From the NCBI RefSeq assembly GCF_009834535.1, contig NC_045698.1, positions 13,828,001 through 13,892,000 of the forward strand: a DNA stretch of 64,000 bases, written 5' to 3'. Origin of the DNA: Camelus ferus (taxonomy: Eukaryota). The notes beneath the pieces are model-generated. The model made no database searches. It was not told where the DNA came from and was given only the letters and a program-made list of their open reading frames with translations. Each line of letters begins with the position of its first letter. Position 1 is the first letter of the stretch. Of the stretch, positions 33,201 through 48,039 are shown in pieces. A program made the position numbers and the translations under genes.

Positions 33201-36200
33201 TGATAAATAATGATTTGAAATACACTCAGCAGGAACTTGTCTTCTGTTACAGTTCCCTTGCTATGTTGACATGTATTAAGAAATTAAAACCAAAATGGAT
33301 GAATCTCTCTTGATCTCCTTCTCATCTCTACCGAAGGTTTATTCTTTTTCTCCTGTTTCTTGACTTCCCCTTCTTTTAATCCCAGGGTTGCCATAATCTC
33401 AATTTTCAGGCTGATTCTGCCTGTTCCTTTGTTTGTGAACATCCTCCTGGCCTCACTTGTGTCTCTGCCAAACCACAAAGGCATGGTCCAATATGTCATT
33501 ATGTTCCTATTTACACCATGGAAAGTCACCCCTTCGACCATTTGCCACAATTCCCCTTGATTATTTTTAAATCTCAGAGAAACACAACCATTGTCTAAAG
33601 TTTCTGCTTTCAGATTTACAAATAATGCTGGTAAATAGTTATAACCATCTTAAATGACCCCACCAAGGAATACAAGATAACTTTGACTATGTTCTCAAAG
33701 GAGATTAGGAATCAATTTATTAATATCAATATTTTATCCAATGCCATAGAGTAACTATTCTCAGTTTATTTTTCCATTTTCTTTTAAGCCCTATTTCCCA
33801 CTGCCAGCAGGAAAACATCTCTTCCCAAAAAGAAGCTCCCATCTATCATCAACATATTAAAAACACATTTGAAAACCTCTCAGTCCTTCTTTTCGATCAA
33901 TTATGTCCATCTATGTATACAAGACCCTGTATGTTAATGACTTTAAAAAAGAACATAAATACACATAAAACAAAAATATGAATCTTGAAGAATATCAGCG
34001 ACTCTGCTCATGAACAACAAACATAAATTTGCATGAGGGTTAATTTAGGTGAATAGGGTGATAAAGAAGAAAAAAGAAGCTTTTAAAAATAGAAACCCAA
34101 CCCCAAATTCAAGACACTTCATAAGTATATCACAACAATATAATAATTGCAGAAACTGTGGAAGATAAGAGCAGCAGCTTACCAAAAAAAAAAAAAAAAG
34201 GACTATGAACTTCAAGAGAAACCCTCTACCCATTATTTATCACGTACCTTTAACAAATCCTATATTTTTAGTAGGCGATGGATGAGTCAAAGTACAATGA
34301 ATTATGTTTGGAGTCACGATATTTATAAACATTGAAGGAAACTGTAAAGACACATCCTTAGAGAGCTTTAAAAAGTGAACACATAATCCTGTTTTTCAAA
34401 TTACTTAAAATCCTGTTTTTAAAGTTTCCCCTGCCTTAAGGCAGAGGGTAGAGTAGATGGGTCCTTCAGCATTATGTGATTCTGAGCAAGGAAGAAATTC
34501 AGACAGAAGGGTATAACCTACATTTTCACAGTAGAAAAGCAAAACAAAGTGGTATGGAATGGTAAAATGAGCAATATTTTTATTGCTTAAAATATGTATC
34601 AGCTGGGTTTTTTTGTTTATTTCTTTTGCTGTCACTGTAAGTAGGAGTCTAAGAAGGTGCTCCAGTGTGGGCTGACAAATCCATTTGAAAAAATATATAT
34701 TATATATTATATATATGTAAAAAATATATATATTTTATATATATATGTAAAAAATAACAATCAACAGAGGTTGAAATCACTAAGGAGAAAACAAAAGCAT
34801 GTTTGTTTGGTTTTTTTTTTTTTTGATGTAGAGCAAAAATCTCATTAAAAGAAACCACTACACTTGCAAGTTACACTTTCCCATTTTGGGGTCATGATGG
34901 CGTACAGACAGTTTGCCTTCTCAGTAGTCAAGCTCTGAGTCCCTGCCTTTCCAGAAAGAACATTGTGATCCTACCAAGGATGACTGGATAAACGCTAGTA
35001 AGTGAGAACTGAGAGAAAGGAGATCTACAGCGGAACAAAAACAAAGTGTCACAGCCTCATGACCGACAGTAGTGACTCCGGGCACGGCTGATCCCACACC
35101 CACTAGAGGATGTCTGAGGCGTCATTTGCAACTATATTCTCAGGACAGACTATGTGTGTGCTATCTTATTTAGGAATGGGGGAAAACACTAAATGATCTC
35201 TTGAAGCCCTGTGGATAAAAACAGAATTTTAAATGCTTATAATCCATAGAGAAAATTAAGCACATTACACCACCAGCTGTGAGTTCTCATTTGAAGGACA
35301 AAAATAAATGATGGGAAAATGAGAAAAGATTTTATGTTTATTTTGACTAGGGATCTGAAAATGCTGAAGAAATACAAAATAAACACAAAATCCCTCATGG
35401 TTTCTCAATATGTATCAAATTAAATAATTGCATTTGCCTACCAGTGGACTGTGAAATCTGAAAAAGACCCCCAAAGACATCTTTTTAAGAGCTACATTGG
35501 CAAACTTGAAAATATTCCTTATTTTAAAATCAATGCAAAGTAAATTTAAAGTTAGATATTCATTCACCAAACCCAAAGAGCCACAATGAAAAAGTGTATT
35601 TTCTGACAATGGCTATTAAGTATTTTGCTAAAAATAATAAAACTTACAAATAATACGAACTTCATTTTTATAAATAAAATTACAAAGAAAACATAAAAAG
35701 TAATAAAACCAAGGGAAAAACAAAATCTTCAAAATGCTGCAATGGGGTGAAAGTGAAAAGTCCATCGAATCTTTCATTTAATATAACCTTAAAAAGTCAA
35801 TTTTTTGGTGGAGTTTATTCATTATTTTAAAAAGAATGTGCTAGCTGGACCCACTCATTTTTAAAGGATGGGAATGTCTACAGAAGTGGGAAAAACGTAT
35901 CTAAAGAAGAAAATCTAGATGCAAATATGAGTAAGCAGACGTTCTTGGTAGCAAATTATCAACAAAATTAGAAGGATTTTCAATCTGAAGGTCACATTAA
36001 GTGTGATGTACAGCCCTGCAACCAGAGATACAAATACACACAAAGTTAAAAGCGATCTCTTTCCCCTTCTAAATAAAATCTGTAAGATTTACAAATGCAC
36101 TTGACAATTGGAATTAAGCCTAGGAGTTAGTCTGGCAAATCTCCTTGCATCAAATAAAACCTGGTCCCTCAAGAGGCAGCATAAAGATCACGAGGCAGAA

Positions 36201-37072
36201 CAGACTTGTTGACTAATGATGATTTTAAGGTGGATTAAGCTAAACTTTACTATTGCAAAATGAATGAACAAAGGTATTGTATGCACAGACCCCTGGGTAA
36301 GCCTAGACTCAGAGACTTCATGCATTATTGCTATCTGTCTTTTGCTATAGCTATTTGGCTAAGAAGTTGAATTTTGGGGGGATTTTTTGCTACTAGAATG
36401 AAAACTTTACCTATCACAATTTAAAGAGAAGATGGTTGTAGGAAAAACTACATTTTAATGAGAAAACATTCCATGTTTTTGTTCTTATTTTAGGGTAATA
36501 CCACTTTTAAATGCTGTAATTTAAAAATTACCATCTGAACTCTGGTTTTTAAATTTAAATAAATCTGTCATTACCAATTTACTAGTTAATGATAAAAATA
36601 AACTCATTATTAAAAAAACACAATATTTAGAATTACCTTCTACTCTATATATTATAAAAAAAAGATAGAAATCCATCATTTGGCTATTTTCCAAATCAAG
36701 GTGTTTCTTATTTCATAGGTGAGGAGTCAACTCTCCAGATAAATACTGAAGGTTGTTTAGTACCCATTCTTCTTTCCACCACAACTTGGTACTAGAGCAA
36801 CTAAAGGATTAATGGCAGAATATCTTATTTATTTGGTGGTAGGGGCACGAAATATAGCACAGTGCTTACTACTTCCTGTGTTTTTAGTAGTGAATTAAAA
36901 TGGCCGTGTCTCTGCTTCGCCACATCTCCCTGGCTAGATTCTTAGGACTAATGTTGCCTTCTGTCCTCTCTATGCTGCTTCATTCCCCTCCTAACTGAAG
37001 AGTATTCTCTGTGTTCTCTGATTCTCTTTACCTGGTGGAATGGACTCTATGCTTTGAAGTCAAATTGCATTC

Positions 37073-37572
37073 TGTAATCCAGCAGGACCCCGTGGGGCCT
37101 TCCAGGGTCAGACCCCTCCCCCACATCCTCTGTCTCAGCTCCTCTCTGAAGTACCCAGATCACAGTATCTCATGCATATTTCCTGAGTTTTTCAGATGCT
37201 AAAAACCATCACCAAAGGGAAGAAATTAACTACTTAATGATTGAGAGCCCGTGGCCCCCAGACCTTCTGGTGCCTAGGGGTTGACAGTGTTAACTGCCCT
37301 GTTGTTCCCTCAACATCAGCCAACCAGAGGATTGTGCAGGAGCTGATCATATACCCTGCAACCCCTTTCCTTCACCTGCCTTTAAATATGCTTTGCTGAA
37401 ACCCCTGGGGAGTTCGGAGTTTTTTTGTTTTGTTTTGTTTTGTTTTTTGATCATGAGCCACCCCGTCCTCCTCACTTGGCCCTGCAATAAACCATTCTCT
37501 GTTCCAAACTCCAGTGATTCAGTTTGTTTGACCTCATGTTGCTGCGGGCACTCAAACTTGCCTTCGGTAACA
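37073..37572 (+). mobile_element. ERV1-like solo LTR (500 bp)
   Basis: TGTAATCC...TTCGGTAACA termini with a 4-bp flanking duplication attc/gttc (3 of 4 match). TATA-like tttaaata near 37381 and AATAAA near 37487. Confidence 0.85.
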
Positions 37573-37969
37573 GTTCCACTTCCTTAACAACATGACTTTT
37601 AGTGATCTCTCTAAAGTAACTCACATTTCACTGCCTTCAGTGGCAAGTTATATTTCATATCATCTTTATTTCCCCAAGTAGATGGAAAGTCCCTTGAAAG
37701 CAGGAGCTGTGTGTTTTAATTCCTTGCATTCTGGACAGCTTGGATCCTGCCTCATACACAGCAGACAGTGCTTACCATCTTGAAGGTTGAATGGCAGGAG
37801 AAAAACAATGTTAACTTAAGAGCTGACAACAGAATTTCTTTTAGAGGAAAAACATTCTAAGGAGAGTAAGAATGGTGATGAATAGTAATTCAGTGTGAAG
37901 CTGGAGTAGGGCACGCTCGACGGCCAGTGTAAACCAGTAAAACGTCAGGCAGGGAACTAGGGCTGAGTA

Positions 37970-37972
<3 letters not shown>

Positions 37973-38004
<32 letters not shown>
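37973..38004. repeat. (GT)16 microsatellite
   Basis: Seen directly. Confidence 0.95.
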
Positions 38005-38006
<2 letters not shown>

Positions 38007-38744
38007 TTCACATGGTTTTCTTTAAATTTGATACATGAGTATATTCTTATTAAAGATACGTAAAATGCATTTCATAAGCATTTTGTAAGAAATATTTTTC
38101 TATCATATTATCATGATTACTTTCATATGTGAATATATGGTACACACAAATCATTATTTTTGTGTCATGTTTAAGCATATATTATTTATTTTATAGTTTG
38201 TCTTTTCTTTTTGTGGAAATCTATTTTTATTTTATTTTCAGTTGGCTGCTATAGCTCCAAATATTTTGTCAACAGAATTTTATTATAATTGGGTACATAG
38301 CTTTTATATTTTCTGAGACATTCAGTATTTTAAAATACCCTTGCCTAGTTGTCACATGAGTGTTATCTTAAATAGGAAGAGATTTATTTTATTGTAGTTC
38401 TTTTTTTTTTTCAGATGTCACTAAAAGAAGGTCTATTGACTATTAGCTTGGAATTTTGCAAATGAGTATTTCAGCGCCATTTATTCTCTTTACAATTTAA
38501 ATTTATTGTCTAGAAATTTGTAAAATCATTTCTTATTTCTCAAGTTACAGAATTTATCTGGGATTATATACATATTTTTGAATCTTAAATTCCAATATTC
38601 CTTCAATCAAGGTAATTCCTTTAGACGTTTCATTATTATTTTTCCATCTACTTATTTGTTTAATTTTTAGTTATCCTCAAATGTACCCTTTATAAGTTGC
38701 AGCATTTTGTGTGTGATTTCAAATTCTTCATATTTTGCTCTCTC

Positions 38745-38905
38745 TTCACAAGAATGAAGTAGTAATTGCCTCCATGTCTCCACTTGACAAAAGGAGAACC
38801 TGAGACCCACTGAGAGCAAGGACTTGGCCGTGGCCTCACAATTAGCAGAGGAACCAGGTTTCAAATGGAGGCCACCTGTTTCCAGAGTCTAATTCTAAAA
38901 CATCC
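38745..38905 (-). mobile_element. MIR SINE
   Basis: ggagaacctgagaccca...gacttggcc...cacaattagcagaggaaccaggtttcaaa...tccagagtc. Confidence 0.65.
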
Positions 38906-38955
38906 TTCTGTGTTGCTCCTCCTCCTTCTTCTTTTTCTTCTTCTTTTTTTTTTTT

Positions 38956-39125
38956 TTCATTTAACAAATATTTATCTGAAATTTCCTCTGTGTCCAGCAT
39001 TGGGGAAGCAGTTAAGAAAACAGTAAATAAGTCAGACCAAAATCCCTGTCCTTGTAGAGCTTACAGTCTAAATGGGGAGAGAGCTCACAGTGTGGTATGT
39101 GCTCTAATTAGGGAGGTTCAGGGCA
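38956..39125 (-). mobile_element. L2 3' end
   Basis: ttcatttaacaaatatttat...tgtgtccagcatt...aaatccctgtccttgtagagcttacagtcta is the typical reverse-complement L2 terminus. Confidence 0.8.
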
Positions 39126-39145
39126 TCATATAACCACATCTGTCA

Positions 39146-39538
39146 TTTTTTAAATTGAAGTGTAGTTGATTTACAGTGTGTGTTAGTTTCAGGTGTACAG
39201 CAAAGTGATTCAGTTATACGTATGCATATCTATATGTATTTGTTTTCAGGTTACTTTCCATTACAGGTTATTATAAAATATTAACTATAGTTCCCTGTGC
39301 TATACAGTAGGGTCCTTGCTGTTTATCTGTTTTATATATGTCAATGTGTGTATGCTAAGCCCAAATGCCTAATTTATCCCTTCCCCCGTCCCTGTTCCCC
39401 TTTGGAAACTATAGTTTATTTTCTATGTCCATAAGTCTATTTCTAGTTTATAAATATATCTTTCTTTTTTTATTTTTTGGATGCCACATATAAGTGATAT
39501 CATATGATATTTGTCTTTCTCTGTCTGACTTACTTCAT
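39146..39538 (-). mobile_element. 5'-truncated L1 3' end, cetartiodactyl-type
   Basis: ttttaaattgaagtgtagttgatttaca...tcaggtgtacagcaaagtgattcagttata...tatagttccctgtgctatacagtagg...ccacatataagtgatatcatatgatatttgtctttctctgtctgacttacttca. Confidence 0.85.
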
Positions 39539-41381
39539 ATAAAACATGAATCCGCTTTGGGGATCACTGTGGGGTATTGAGTGTTGATGGGTGACTGAAG
39601 TGCTGGTTAACTTGCTCTGTTGGGCAATGGATTTTTCCAGAGTTATGATTTCAAGTATGGATGGAGAAAGTGCTCCCAAGACTTTGGTGAAAAGGGGGAA
39701 GTGACTGGAGGTTGCCAGATGATAGGAAACAAGAGAGGTAGCAAAATGCCACAAGACTCAACGGAGCAGGGAGGTGCCAAGGACACATACTCTGCCTCCC
39801 AGCTCACCTGGAGAGGGGAAGATGGAGAAAGTACCATTCTCTTGGGCAGCATTGCCTCCTCTTTGATCTTTCAGACTACTGCTTCAGTTTTCAGCAGTGT
39901 CCATTTGAATTTTATCATCTCACCTGAATTTTAAAATTGGTAATACTTCCATGCATCAACTCAAAAAGTCTTATTTAGATGTTTAAGTACGGTTTTCTCT
40001 TTCTAATATTAAGTACACCCCAATATACATTAACTGCCTCTGTCCTTCGGTCTGCATGACCCTGCAATGTCCTGCGATCTTTGGGCTCTGATTTGTAGGG
40101 ATTCCTCCAATACAGGATGACTTACTGGGTAGATTTGGGCCAGTACCTAAATTTCTTCTTCTTCTGACTCTCAATGCCACTCCACTTTGGAGATGATTTT
40201 TAGGATCTATCTGTAAGTTAAGTTTATTTAGCTGTACATGTTATCTTAGTGAAGATTTTTTTTTTTTAAAGAATGAGTTTGACATTGATTCTTAGGCTAC
40301 GATTTCCTTCATCGATTATCCCTTTTAGACATCTGCTAAGCCGGGCTGCTCTTTCCCCATTCTGTTCACCCTACCTTTGGTTAATACTTTATGCCTTAAG
40401 CACTTGGTGCTTTGAGGAGAAAGATGGTAGCAGGCATAGAAGAGTAACAGAGAAAACAAGCCAGAAAAATAGAGAAAAATTATTTGAGTTGGTGACTGGC
40501 ACCAAGAGTGACAATGTTGTGTAACCCACCCCCATAATAGAATCCTCAGAAATTTTGGAGAGGATCCCGGTTTTGTTCGGGGATGGGATGGGATCCCTGA
40601 ATCAATTTTAATTAAAATTTTAAGAACAAATATCTGTAGCATATCAATGAACAACCAGGCAGCCAGCATCTTAATGATTAGATTATTACTGAACAGTGTC
40701 CTTTCTTCCAAGCTCAGTTTGTATCCCAGCTATTTAATGAAACTTGCCAAATGGTTCTTGTGATACAAAATGTAAGTCTAGATAAATTAGCAGTTTCTGA
40801 CTAACCAATACTCCTGCTAATAAATAAGAGAAAAGCCTGAAATCTTCAAGGAAATTTGTTGAATGGTGTCTGAGAACGGACGACATGTGGTCAGCGGAGG
40901 GGTGAAGATCCCAGAGAGGGGAAAAGTCTGGGGAGGTGAACTCGATTAGAAGGTATGTGTTTATACCAGGAACTAACAGGAGGCTGGAATTTTCAGCTGG
41001 GGACAGAGAAACTAGATGAGCTTTTAAAAGTCTCCTGGGCCTGCAGTCACGTTGGAAACTGAGGGCCCTTAAACACGTGGCTGATTCTCCCTAAGCACAT
41101 TTGTTAAGTTGAAAGTTTAAATTGAAAGTTTAGCAGAGACCTAAAGCTTTAAGTGGAAAAGCCCTGGAAGACAAAGAAGAGCATTGTCCCCTCTCCATCT
41201 ATTCCTGTCGAACAGACAGTGATTAAGATTAGGGGACCAGGGTGAATGGCCCGACTGCACAAACAGGCTCTCAGCTGGAAGGCCCAGAGGCTATGTCCTA
41301 GGGACACAGGCAAATCAGCAGTATACTGAATCTAAACAAAACTGCAAACTAGACTTAGCTCAAGCCTGATGGACTAAAATG

Positions 41382-41887
41382 CAGGCATACCTCCTTTTAT
41401 TTTGCTTTGCTTTATTGTGCTTTGCAGATGCTGTGTTTTTTTTTTTTTTTTTTTTTTAACAAATTGAAGGTGGACAGACAACCCTGTGTCCCCCAGGACT
41501 ATTGGTGCCATTTTCCCGACAGTATTTGCTCACTTCCTGCCTCTGTGTCACATTTTGGTAATTCTCACAATACTTCAAGCTTTTTTATTATTACGGTGAT
41601 CTGTGATCAGTGATCTTTAACGTTGCCACTGTAAAACCGTAACAACTCACTGAAGGCCCAGATGATGGTGAGCATTTTTTAGCGATAAAGCAGTTTTAAA
41701 GTAAAGCATGTATCACTTTTTTTGAAACACACTGCTCTTTCACACTTAATAGACTATAGTGTAGCGGGAACATAACGTTTATATGTACTGGAAAACAAAA
41801 ATAAATTCATAGCACTCACCTTATTGCGACAATTGCTTTATTGTGGTGGTTTGGTACCAAACCCACAATGTCTCTGAGGCATGCCTG
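41382..41887 (+). mobile_element. Internally deleted Tigger1 (Tigger1a_Art-like) DNA transposon
   Basis: Terminal inverted repeats CAGGCATACCTC...GAGGCATGCCTG with TA (right) and TG (left) flanks. The left and right Tigger1 arms are joined near 41633. Confidence 0.9.
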
Positions 41888-42479
41888 TAATAATGTCCCT
41901 CTCTAATTGCTTATCCAAGAAAATGGTGAACACTCTCTGAAGAAATATACTGCCATTTGAGACTCTTCTAGGTTTAGACAGTACGTGGGACAGCCAACTA
42001 AAAATTACTCCACACATTAAGAAACAAGACTGTAAATCCCAGTCCTGTCTCTCCAGTCCCCCTGACGAAAAACAAAAACAGAAGCCTATTATCATATTGA
42101 CAAAATAGAATTAGCTGGCAATGATAGTAAAACCATTAAGATTAATACGTTCAAGAAAATAGAAGGAAAAAAAAGATAGAAAACATAACAGAAAGGCTCG
42201 AGAATTTCACCAGAGATCTGCATCTCTATAAAACGGAAAACTAATGACTATCAACCAAAGCAGTGAGTGTTTGGACCACACGTTCTTTGAGTGGCTGTAT
42301 TTGATTTGATAGGACGTTTGCTTTCTTTAGCAGATTATTAGCTGCATGCTGATATCTTCCACCACAGTGAATCAAAAAAAAAAAAAAAAAGCCCCAAATA
42401 AACGTTTATATAAATAGGATGGAACATTTAAGAAGACATTTGTTCTCCAATGTTCAGAGAAATTAGCAGATTCCAAATT

Positions 42480-42954
42480 AATGAGGGATAAAAACATACA
42501 GCAGGTAAGATCTAACAAAGATGATGAAGATCTGGAACAACAGGGAACACTGTCTTAAACGTAATTATTTAGCAAGCAGATACGGCCAGTCAGTAGAAGA
42601 ATTCTCTCAGGGTGTCTCTGGGCTTTACGTTTACTGGTGTCAAGGGTCGGGGTTTAGGATTTTTCTAGAGCTCACTCTTTATAGATGCATTTTAAACATA
42701 AAAGCAGGAGTCTAAAGTTGGGGGAGGAAAAAATCCCAAACAGCCCAAATGTTCAGTTACTGAAATTACCCAAAATCTCGAGCGCAAAGGCGGATCGGGG
42801 AGCTGGCTTTTATCCACTAGTGGTTGGCAGTGTGCTTACTCAAGACAGCCATCTTTGAAATGAATGCCTCTTTGAAGTGGGTCTCTGGCAGTCGATCAAA
42901 TTTTAGACAGTCAGTTACATTAATAAAGAAAATTTCCAGCTGTCAAGGCTTACA
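42480..42954 (-). mobile_element. Probable ERV LTR relic
   Basis: GC-richer block with LTR-like composition ending ...caaggcttaca (TGTAAG on the minus strand); family not identified. Confidence 0.4.
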
Positions 42955-43129
42955 GTACTTTTATATCTTTATAATATCATCTCTATAATAAGAAAAAATT
43001 AACAAATTATTCCTTGAGCTAATATTCTGTTCAAGGAAGCAAGAGTTCCATCAAAGCAAACACATCCATTCAAAGAAAAGGTAGTCCAAACACTGCTGTA
43101 GTTGATAACCATTTCTTCCTTTTATAGAG

Positions 43130-45600
43130 ATTTAAAGGCTGTATAATGTCTTGATATCTATCGGGATATGCTCTTTTTTCTCTAACTATACACTTTCTTC
43201 ATCATCTTACATTCTTGCTTTTCTCAGTCTTTTACCATTTGCATTTTATTAACAGATTATTAAATTCTGATTATGATTAAAATTATATTTAATTTAGAGA
43301 TTACTATGGAAATTGAGTGTTTGGATTTACTAATGTGGTTAATATATTATTTCCCTGGTTTGTTTTTATATTTTCAGTAACTTTGCCTTTGATAATGGTG
43401 AAATTAAACATTATTAGATATTTTTCCTCTGATGACTGCAGGTTTTTTGTTAATTTGTTCGATTTTTTTTTACCATTTTAAATTGTATCTGATTTGATAT
43501 TTATTCTTTTTTTTTTTTTAAATAGGAAATCTAGCCACTTGGGGCATTTATTAGTATTTCAAAAACTTGGCAATCTCTCTCATTGCTTCTTAAAGATGTT
43601 TCTGTGGATACTCTTAATTTATTTACAGAGGCAATTGCATCATTCATTAACAATGATAATTTTGTGTTCTGTTTCTATTTATTATTGCTGTTTTGTTTGT
43701 TTTTGCTTTTGTTTTATCTTTTTGGATTGAGGAGAACATTCAATACAATGCTGATTAATTGTATTAATTGAAAGTATCCTGAGACCAAAAGAACTGCCCA
43801 GGTGAATCCATCAGAAATTGCTTATTCTTAGAAATGTGAGCTAAATAAATGTGTTTTAAGAGAGCAAGTTTTGGATTTGTTTTCTTTTCCAGCAGTAGCT
43901 GTTTTGTTGTTTTTTTTTAAGCAACAGCTAAATATTTCTAACTTTTTATACACAAATTTCCTATCATATGCTAAATTTGGTATATTTCTTGTAACAGTAT
44001 ATTTTAAACCTATAGTAAAATATCCTTAAGAATGATAGTTATTCTATGATTATGGTCTATGGTATACTAGTTTCTACTTCTTAAAAAGTTTTTCCATATT
44101 TCTACTTTGCATCTTTTACACTACTTTCTGATCTCTGTTCTATTGATATCTTTATTATTTAACTTAAAAAAATCTTTCCTTGTTTTGGAAATTACAGATT
44201 ACTATTCTATTAATTCAATGCCAATTCTTCAAGTTTTAACATTTGAAATGAAATACTAATTGCAAATCTATTTGTCTATTTTTTCTTGCAGAGATTCTGA
44301 AGGCAGAGATTAATAAAATATTTGCCAAAATGTTAGTAACTAAAAATAAAAATTTTCTTTTCTTATACATTGGAAAAAGTCTTCAATGATTGCTTCCCCT
44401 TAATTCCTGATAGCTCACCATGGATAACTATAGAGAAGTTTGGCAATAAGAAATTATTTTCCTTTACCAGTTTGAGCATATAATTGTTATCAACTTCTAA
44501 TAAAAAAATCATCTTCTGATTAAAAAATCAAGTTCTGACAAAAAAAATCATCTTTTTTTTTCCTTCTAAACAGGAGTCTACTTTAAATCTAATTATTATT
44601 GCTTTTCAAGTGTTCTATCATTTCTTTTTGATAGCTTAAGTTTTTTCTCTTTATCTTTGAGGTTTGGCACTTTTAAACTGGCATATCCAAGTATAGATTT
44701 GTGTTTGCCTTTTGGTGTTTATATTCATCATGAAGGTCCAAATTTGAAAAAATTATCATGTAATATTTATATTGCCTGTTGCTTTATTGTCTTCTTAATT
44801 CTTCCAGATATTTTATATTCCATATCTGTTAAGTGTTCTCACAATTTAAAAAAAATTTTGATCTATCTGAACTTTGTTTGCTTGAATTAATGATTTTTAC
44901 ATTTGACTTACTAAATCTTTCTTTGTGTCCAGCCTAGAAGTAATGCTATTTTTTTAATTGTTCTCACTCTGTATCTGTGTGTATGTAAATATATATGCAT
45001 ATACATATTATACATGTATATACACAATTAAATTTAAAATGTATGGATAATTTATATCTATATAGCTCTATGTATATAACTAAATCTCTATATATTTCTA
45101 AGTATAGTTTCATACATATTTCTATATATTTACCTATATTTATATGCATATATCATGTGATATATCTACATACATATACTTAAAACAAAATTTAAAATTT
45201 AAATTTCTGTTTATATGTTTATTTATAGTTATGTATATAATATGAAACTTCTATATATTTTCATATCACTCTATATACTTTTCTATCTTTGCAAAAACTA
45301 GTTTTATTCTGATAAGGATTTTAAAACCATTTTTAGGCAAACATTTTCTTTCACTGTTGTCTCATTTCATGTTGTCACTTCTTGCTCTTTAAAAAGATTT
45401 TTTTTTAAGTTTAAAAATCCTATTTAGTCTTTTTATGTTCATTTATGTATATTGTATTATTCAGAGTGAATTCATTTTCTAATTTATAATTTATTGACTA
45501 TCTTCTTATTTTTTGACTTTCGGGCTTATCATACACACAATGATAATGCATTTCCCTCTGTCTTATTTTGGAAACAGCTTTTTTTTTTTCACTCACTCTT
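43130..45600 (-). mobile_element. Fragmented ancient L1, interrupted by an MLT1 3' fragment (about 43778-43900) and a TA-rich tract (about 44960-45280)
   Basis: T-rich degenerate L1-like sequence. MLT1-like segment gaactgcccaggtgaatcc...gtgagctaaataaatgtgttttaag. Confidence 0.5.
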
Positions 45601-48039
45601 TGCCATAAAGCAGTTTGGAGATGCTGCTGAACCAATGGCTTCCTGATCCCTCATCCTGGCTTAGAGGCTCTGTCTGCTTTTTATTATTCCCTGAATATGC
45701 ACTTTCCTATAAGCTGTGGGCACAGAAAAATTATAGTTTTAATTTTTACTTCTGGATTTCATTATGTTCTGGGGGCACGTAAACGTCTACTAACTCATAT
45801 AGCTCAGTGCCCAAGTGGCCAGAATCCAGGAGGCCTGGATTTGCTGACTCTTCCTCTTTGTGCTTTTGCCCTGGTGGTTATCCTGAGGGTGTACCCGTGA
45901 AGGCAGGTATTCATTTTGCTAAGGCTGTTCCACTTTTAATTTCATCTTTATATGTCATTATCCATAACTGCCTTGTGTTTGGAGAACAAGCTATCATGAC
46001 TTTAATACCTTTATACAGAGTATCATTAATTCCCCCAATGCTACAAAACAGGCATTTTGAAAGGCTCACGAATGTAAAAGCTGAGGCTCAGAGGAGTTCG
46101 GTGGTTTGTCTTACCCAGCACACGCAAGGCTGTTTGCACAAGCACATGATTTCACCTGTGCACTAGTATCTTTTTTCCTGAAAATTGCTGTTTTTTTCCT
46201 ATCCAAAAGAAATTACTTGTGTTATTTGTAATTTCTTCAGTTCTCAAAAATGTTTAATTGAAATTTGTTTTAAATAAATTCATAATTAAATTAAAACATC
46301 TTTATGCCTACACAACTATCTGCAGGCATCAGATGCTTGAGATGGCATAGCTGATTTAAAGCATTCATCAGCATTATGAACACTTTCAAAAGTGTGTATA
46401 TATTTGAGGGAAATGTCTTAAATGTGAGTTCCCAGCACTGGCAATGTTGTCAAATCACAGAATTAAAACCTTTTGAATATACTCATTAGTTAAATTTAAA
46501 AATTCCAGGCATAATAATCTTGAATGTAGGACTTTTAGTCACTAATGTGGGTTTCAACAGCCATAAAAGTCTCTTGTTTTTCTAAAATACTTTCAGAGTT
46601 ATATACATTAGAGTGTGACTATAACACATCTTTAAATCTAAGGCAAATTTTCTTTATAATATCATCAAATTAAAATTACTTTAAAAATGTGAAATAATAT
46701 CTTTCTTGGAATGGAAAAAATTCTACTGAAATATGAGGACAATTTCTAAATATGTTATTTCTACACATGATTTCTACATATAGTAGATTTCAGTCTACTA
46801 AAGCAGAGAGTTCAATGCTTCCCAAATTGCACAATTATTTGATTTGGGGAAAATATGAATTGATTTGTATATATTTAGCATAGTTAATTATAATAAATAT
46901 ATTTGGAATCATATGGACAGGATATTCAAATGTAAATAAATGTGCAATAGTCACTTAAATACAGTTTGTCATACACACACATGTGTCTCATAAGTAGAAC
47001 TGACCACAGGGATAGTTAAAATGGAAGAGACAAGCTTTGTATTTTCCTATAAACCCTGTTATGGCCACACACACCATTTGGTATCCTTGTTATAATTTAA
47101 AGAAGCATAGGGATCAATGGGAAAAATGCTTTCGTGTGTGGTCATTTAGTGATTTTGTTTTTCCTTGCATTTGAAAATGCTTCTCCATGAAGGATACAGA
47201 CAAGGAATTAAATGTTTACTCCAAAATGTATGTGCCACTGTTTCTTTCATGTGATCCTGGGGCAAGTGTTCAAACCTACATAAGAGAATATTCAGATAAA
47301 TGTGATCAAAGATAGTTCTGAGAAGAAGAAAGTTGATGCTAATGAGGACACCATATATATTGGTGGCTTTCTGTTTTCCTTACATATGGAAGAATGATTG
47401 TGCACAACTTTGAGGGATCTGCCAAATAAGGAATCTAAATCGTGATGAATCTTCACTACTTATTATGGTGTTCTTTTTTCTCACACAACGGAGAAGGTTA
47501 AACAAAAGTAATTCAAACATTCCATGATGCTCTGTAATTATGCACATGTGTCTACCGATATTTTGGAAAATATTCATAATAGCAAGAGGAAATATAATGG
47601 GTATGGCACATCTCCATAGCCTTGCTAATTTAATGCAAGATGATTTCAAACATTGCATTTCTTTTCCTAACTGTCCCTAGGATATATTTTTCATTTTTCC
47701 TAATTTAAATTTTTCCACCTCCTAGCAGTTACAGCAGCTCATAAACATGTTTGTCAGCTAAGATTTCTCTTAAAATTTGCCCAAGAGCATATTACATGTA
47801 CATTTCTTGTTTAAAGGGATGCTTCTGAATAAACTCAATGAAAGCTATTTGTACATATGGCTCAATTTTAAATACAAGCTATTCACGGATCATAACACAT
47901 TAACATCAAACTGACGTTGAATGTTGATTTGCAAGCTGTTCATGGGTGTATAAGAATAGAGCAAAGCTGCTCAGGCCTACTCCCTGTCAAGTCAAAGCAG
48001 ACACCACATCGATCAAAAAATATATGTATTCACGTTCAC

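Noticed and set aside
34689..34755. Roughly 30-bp AT-rich tandem duplication
   Set aside because: Low-complexity slippage product with no further structure.
4917..38004. All four long GT microsatellites have the same strand orientation
   Set aside because: Four cases are too few to be meaningful, and CA-oriented runs also occur near 21280 and 30500.
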